Assembly: GCA_964291295.2 (NCBI GenBank)
Contig: OZ219754.1
Location: 2,880,001-2,944,000 of the forward strand
Length of the DNA: 64,000 bases
Direction of reading: 5' to 3'
Source of the DNA: an uncultured Candidatus Binatia bacterium
Lineage (GTDB): Bacteria; Desulfobacterota; Binatia; UBA9968; JAJDTQ01
A program made the position numbers and the translations under genes. Numbering within the stretch: the stretch's first letter is position 1; the number at the start of each line of letters is the position of its first letter. Of this stretch, positions 60,165-64,000 are shown one piece after another. Under the pieces are notes generated by a model. That model was given only the letters and a program-made list of their open reading frames with translations. It made no database searches and was not told the DNA's origin.

Positions 60165-60854
60165 TCAGTCCATGCCCACCAGCCCCACGCCCAGCGCCCG
60201 CCCCACCGCTTCGAGGGCGGCCTCGTTGCTGGTCACGATGGGCAGGTCGTAGGCATCCTTCAGGCGCGGCAGCGCCGCCACCGCCTGATAGTTGGTGCAA
60301 GAGATGAACAGTGCATCCACCGGCGGTCTGGCGCCCAGCTTCTCGCGGGCGAAGGCCAGTATCTCCGGCGGTTCCACCAGCGCCAACTCGAAGTTGACGC
60401 GGATGCCCATGCCGTGGATCGCCACCACTTCGATGCCGCCCTCCTCCACGCTGGCCTTGATACGGCTGTTCAACTCCTCGACATAGGGCGTCACCACGGC
60501 CACACGCCGGACCTTCAGCGACGCCAGCCGGCGCCGCACCGACTCGATGACACTGAGGGTGGGTTTGCCGGCAACTTCCGAGATCCGGCGGCACAACTCG
60601 GCATCGCCGGCGTTGCCCCGGAGCGCGCCGGCGCTGGTGCAGCCGAACACCATCAAGTCCGGGCGGGCCGTGGCCACGTCGGCGGCCGCGGACAGGCAGT
60701 GATCGTCGAGCATGGCCTCCTCGCCCCGGACCGTGGTGGCCTCCATGTACATGCGGCCCGTATGGACCGTGACCGACGCCGGCAGGTGACGGTAGAAGTC
60801 CACTTCCATGACGGTGTTCGACGAAGGGATGAGCAATCCGATCCGATGACCCAA
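60165..60854 (-). CDS. Maleate cis-trans isomerase / Asp-Glu racemase superfamily protein
   Basis: GLLIPSSNTVME, FGCTS and ISCTN catalytic Cys pair, VVTPY, VTSN. Confidence 0.88.
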   Translation of the reverse strand: MGHRIGLLIPSSNTVMEVDFYRHLPASVTVHTGRMYMEATTVRGEEAMLDDHCLSAAADVATARPDLMVFGCTSAGALRGNAGDAELCRRISEVAGKPTLSVIESVRRRLASLKVRRVAVVTPYVEELNSRIKASVEEGGIEVVAIHGMGIRVNFELALVEPPEILAFAREKLGARPPVDALFISCTNYQAVAALPRLKDAYDLPIVTSNEAALEAVGRALGVGLVGMD

Positions 60855-60887
60855 TCCGTTACCTCCCTCTACGTCCCTCGCAGGGCG

Positions 60888-61901
60888 TCAGTCGTCATCG
60901 AACTCGCCCCGGGCCCTGGCCTCCTGGATGGCGAAGAAGACCCGCTCCGGGGTGATGGGCGTCTCGGTGATGCGGATGCCGATGGCGTCGTCGATGGCGT
61001 TCAGAATGGCCGGGGTGGTGGGGATCGTGGCGGGCTCGGCGACCCCCTTGGCGCCGAACGGCCCCCGGGGGTCCGGCACCTCCACGATCTCGCACTCGAT
61101 GTCCGGCACGTCCATGGCGGTGGGTACCAGATAGAACGCCAGCGACGACGTGCGCGGCACGCCGTTCTCCAGGATATGCTGCTCGTAGAGACCGTAGCCC
61201 AGGCCCATGGCGGCGCCGCCCTCGATCTGTCCTTCCACCGCCGCCGGGTTGATGGCCTTGCCCGCGTCCGTGGCCGAAACCAGCCTGACCAGACGCACGC
61301 GCCCGGTCTCGGTATCCACCTCCACCTCCGCCAACTGGGTTGCCCAGCCGTAGGTGGCGTAAGCGTCGCCCTGGGAAGTCTCCGGATCCACGTCGGCGGT
61401 GGTGTTGTCGTGCCAGCCCCAGGCCGCCGACCGCCGGCCGTGGAAATGGAGCTGCTGGGCCACCTTGCCCACCGACACCATGGGGCGGTCGCTGCCGACC
61501 TCGCACACCTCGCCGCGGCTCACGTGAAGGTTCTCCCTGGGACACTCCAGCATGCGCGAGGCCATGTCCAGGAGCTGCGCGCGCAGTTCCCCGGCCGCCC
61601 GCTGTACCGCCACCCCCTGCACGAAGGTGGCGCGGCTGCCCGAGGTGGGCCCGGCGTCCGGCGTGCTGCCGGTATCCGCCGCCACCACGCGAATCTGCTC
61701 CGGCTCGATGCCAAGCTCCTCCGCCGCCACCTGGGTCACCACGGTCATGACCCCCTGGCCCATGTCACAGGCCCCGGAGTAGATGGTGGTGGTGCCGTCC
61801 TCGGCCATCTCGATCTCGGCCGAGCCGATGTCGGCCCGGCTGAAGCCGTAGCCGATACCGTAATACATGGAGCCGATGCCCAGGCCTCTTCTTGTCGCCA
61901 T
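60888..61901 (-). CDS. Molybdenum hydroxylase medium Mo-binding subunit (NdhM-like)
   Basis: RGLGIGSMYYGIG, DMGQG, TPDAGPTSGSR, EVEVDTETG, EGQIEGG, GPFGAKGVAEP. Confidence 0.88.
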   Translation of the reverse strand: MATRRGLGIGSMYYGIGYGFSRADIGSAEIEMAEDGTTTIYSGACDMGQGVMTVVTQVAAEELGIEPEQIRVVAADTGSTPDAGPTSGSRATFVQGVAVQRAAGELRAQLLDMASRMLECPRENLHVSRGEVCEVGSDRPMVSVGKVAQQLHFHGRRSAAWGWHDNTTADVDPETSQGDAYATYGWATQLAEVEVDTETGRVRLVRLVSATDAGKAINPAAVEGQIEGGAAMGLGYGLYEQHILENGVPRTSSLAFYLVPTAMDVPDIECEIVEVPDPRGPFGAKGVAEPATIPTTPAILNAIDDAIGIRITETPITPERVFFAIQEARARGEFDDD

Positions 61902-61920
61902 GATCGCCCGGCCGCGCCCT

Positions 61921-63234
61921 TCAGGAGGCGGCCCGAGCCCGCCTGAACCGCAGGTCATGTGCGTCCATGTAGTCCTCGATGCGCCGCAGCGTCGCTTCGA
62001 TGCCGCAGCCTTCGTTCATCAACTGTCCGGTGGAGGAAGCCAGCCCCGGCCTGAGGCAGTTCTTCAAGCGGAACTCCAGCGGCGACATGCCCAGCCGGTG
62101 GGCCAGCTGGTCCATCTGGGACTCGTGGGCCACGGCCGCCTGCATCACCCCGAAGCCGCGCATGGCCCCGGAGACCAGATTGTTGGTGTAGAGCGTATAG
62201 GTGTCCACCCGGATGTTCGGCACTTCGTAGGGACCGGTGGCGTGGATGCCCGCCTTCTTGACCACGTAGGCGCCCAGCGAAACCCCCGCGCCCGTGTCGC
62301 CGTAGATGTCGCCGTCCAGGAAGGCCAGCCGGCCGTCGGCGCGGGCGCCGGTGCGGAAGTTCATGGCCATGGGGTGGCGCTTGGTGTTGGCGACGAGGGA
62401 CTCCTCGCGGCTGTAGACCAGGCGCACCGGCCGGTGCGTCCTGAGCGCCAGCAGGCCGGCGTGGATCTCCACGGTGATGTCGTCCTTGCGGCCGAAGCCG
62501 CCGCCGATGGGTGCCTGGATCACCCGGACCCTGTTCATGGCAAGGCCCAGGGCCGGCGCGATCTGGCGGCGGTCCCGGTACGGGTACTGGGTGCCCGCCA
62601 GGATGTGCAGCACGCCGGAGGGATCCACATGGGCCAGTCCCGCCTCCGGCTCCATGGGAACGTGATCCATGCGATGGGTGTGGTAGGTGTTCTCCACGAC
62701 CACGTCCGCCTCCCGCATGCCCCGCTCCAGATCACCCTTGCGCACGGTGGTGTGCTGGAACACGTTGCCGCCCTCGTGGATCGAAGGCGCCGTCCGGTCC
62801 AGGGCATCCGCGTAGGTGAGAATCGGCCGCAGCGGCTCCAGGTCCACCTTGATCTTCGCCAGCGCCTCCTCGGCCGCTTCTTCGTCCTCCGCCGCCACCA
62901 GGGCCAGGGCATCGCCCGCCGACCGCACCTTGTCGTCCGCCAGCACCTGCTGGTCGAGCACGGCCAGTCCGTAGCGGTTGGTGCCGGGCACGTCCGCGGC
63001 CGTGAGCACGGCGGCCACACCGGGCGTCCGGGCGGCCTCCCTGGTGTCGATGTGGCGGATCACCGCGTGGGGCGTACCCGCCCACAGGATCCGGGCGTGG
63101 AGCATGCCCGGCACCACCATGTCGCCCACGTACTCGGTGGCGCCCAACGCCTTCTCCAGCGCGTCGGGCCTGGTGACGTTCCTGCCGATCCAGTGATGCG
63201 GGCGGTCCGCCGCCCCGGAAGTCCCCTGGCTCAT
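61921..63234 (-). CDS. Molybdenum hydroxylase large Mo-binding subunit (NdhL-like, N-terminal half of XdhA fold)
   Basis: PGTNRYG, MEPEAG, TQYP, GGGFGRK, SREES, KRHPM, YTNN, AMRGFG; ATGA overlap with upstream gene. Confidence 0.88.
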   Translation of the reverse strand: MSQGTSGAADRPHHWIGRNVTRPDALEKALGATEYVGDMVVPGMLHARILWAGTPHAVIRHIDTREAARTPGVAAVLTAADVPGTNRYGLAVLDQQVLADDKVRSAGDALALVAAEDEEAAEEALAKIKVDLEPLRPILTYADALDRTAPSIHEGGNVFQHTTVRKGDLERGMREADVVVENTYHTHRMDHVPMEPEAGLAHVDPSGVLHILAGTQYPYRDRRQIAPALGLAMNRVRVIQAPIGGGFGRKDDITVEIHAGLLALRTHRPVRLVYSREESLVANTKRHPMAMNFRTGARADGRLAFLDGDIYGDTGAGVSLGAYVVKKAGIHATGPYEVPNIRVDTYTLYTNNLVSGAMRGFGVMQAAVAHESQMDQLAHRLGMSPLEFRLKNCLRPGLASSTGQLMNEGCGIEATLRRIEDYMDAHDLRFRRARAAS

Positions 63235-63710
63235 CTCCCCTCGCTCGTGATCTCTTCGGCGGCCGCGCGCACGGCCTTGACGATCTTGCCGTATCCCGTG
63301 CAACGGCATAGGTTCCCGGAGATGGCGAAACGGATCTCGTCGTCCGTGGGGTCGGGGTTGTCGCGCAGCAGCGCCCAGGCGCTCATGATCATCCCCGGCG
63401 TGCAGTAACCGCACTGTATGCCGCCCTGCGCCACCATCTGCCGCTGCAAGGGATGGGGCCGGCCCTCTTCGGCCAAGGCTTCGATGGTCACCACCTCCCG
63501 GTCCACCGCGTCGGGAAACAGCACCAGGCAGGACACCACCGGCCGGCCGTCGAGGAGAACCGTGCACGACCCGCACTCGGCCTCGTTGCAGCCCTTCTTG
63601 CTGCCGGTCAGACGAAGGTTGTCGCGCAGTACGTCCAGCAGGGACTGATGGGGTTCGGCTTCGGTTTCCCGGACGCCGCCGTTCACCCGCAGACGGTAGC
63701 GCCGCTTCAT
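63231..63710 (-). CDS. Molybdenum hydroxylase 2x[2Fe-2S] subunit (NdhS/CoxS-like)
   Basis: [28 protein letters not shown]. Confidence 0.94.
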   Translation of the reverse strand: MKRRYRLRVNGGVRETEAEPHQSLLDVLRDNLRLTGSKKGCNEAECGSCTVLLDGRPVVSCLVLFPDAVDREVVTIEALAEEGRPHPLQRQMVAQGGIQCGYCTPGMIMSAWALLRDNPDPTDDEIRFAISGNLCRCTGYGKIVKAVRAAAEEITSEGR

Positions 63711-64000
63711 GCCGTCGCCGCCCGCCCGTCCGCCCGGGCCCTTTCCACCGCCTGTCGCAGCACGCGCCGCACCAGTATCCGCGCCAGCTCCCTGCGGTAG
63801 GCCGCCGACCCGCGAATGTCATCGATGGGGCAACACGCTTCCATCGCCGCGGTCCCGGCCCACTCCAGGCGTTCCGGGCTCGGCTCCCTGTCCAGCACCA
63901 GCTCCTCCGCCTTCAGAGCCCGAATGGGCGTGGGCGCCACCGCGCCCAGGGCGATGCGCACCGCCCTCACCCTTTCCCGGGCCGAATCCAGCGTCACGGA
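63707..64000 (-). CDS. Molybdenum hydroxylase FAD subunit, C-terminal part (5'-truncated by window edge)
   Basis: IALGAVAPTPIRA, PIDDIRGSAAYRR. Confidence 0.88.
   Translation of the reverse strand, partial: SVTLDSARERVRAVRIALGAVAPTPIRALKAEELVLDREPSPERLEWAGTAAMEACCPIDDIRGSAAYRRELARILVRRVLRQAVERARADGRAATA

Noticed and set aside
61902-61923. Mo subunit split as pseudogene or Sec readthrough
   Set aside because: The two halves are in different frames, the second has its own ATG, and the break matches the natural NdhL/NdhM boundary

Overview
High-GC bacterial chromosomal segment. Gene order and content resemble Deltaproteobacteria/Binatia, possibly host- or sponge-associated (inference only). 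The minus-strand housekeeping backbone runs pheA-hisC-tyrA-aroA-cmk-rpsA-ihfB, AAA+/VWA pair, mutS-amiC-glnD-xerD-trpS-scpA-scpB-rluB, plus tRNA-Ser(CGA)-ffs-dnaX-ybaB-recR. It is interleaved with molybdenum-hydroxylase/amidohydrolase/UbiD catabolic genes. Main highlights: (1) a selenocysteine peroxiredoxin missed by the ORF track (in-frame TGA at the peroxidatic Cys plus a SECIS-like hairpin), near a LysR-controlled, selenium-associated PhnCDE-type ABC transporter with visible LysR boxes; (2) a four-subunit hydroxylase split like the selenium-dependent nicotinate dehydrogenase (F-S-L-M), heading an unusual operon of maleate isomerase, TIM-barrel hydrolase, two PLP enzymes and UbiD; (3) a 5.8-kb FN3/Calx-beta autotransporter whose 5' end carries a C15/(AC)5 slippage tract between 21-bp direct repeats, a probable phase switch; (4) a 151-bp MITE-like insert with an 8-bp target duplication; (5) a possibly elongated SRP RNA. 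All calls come from reading motifs by eye; no database searches were run.
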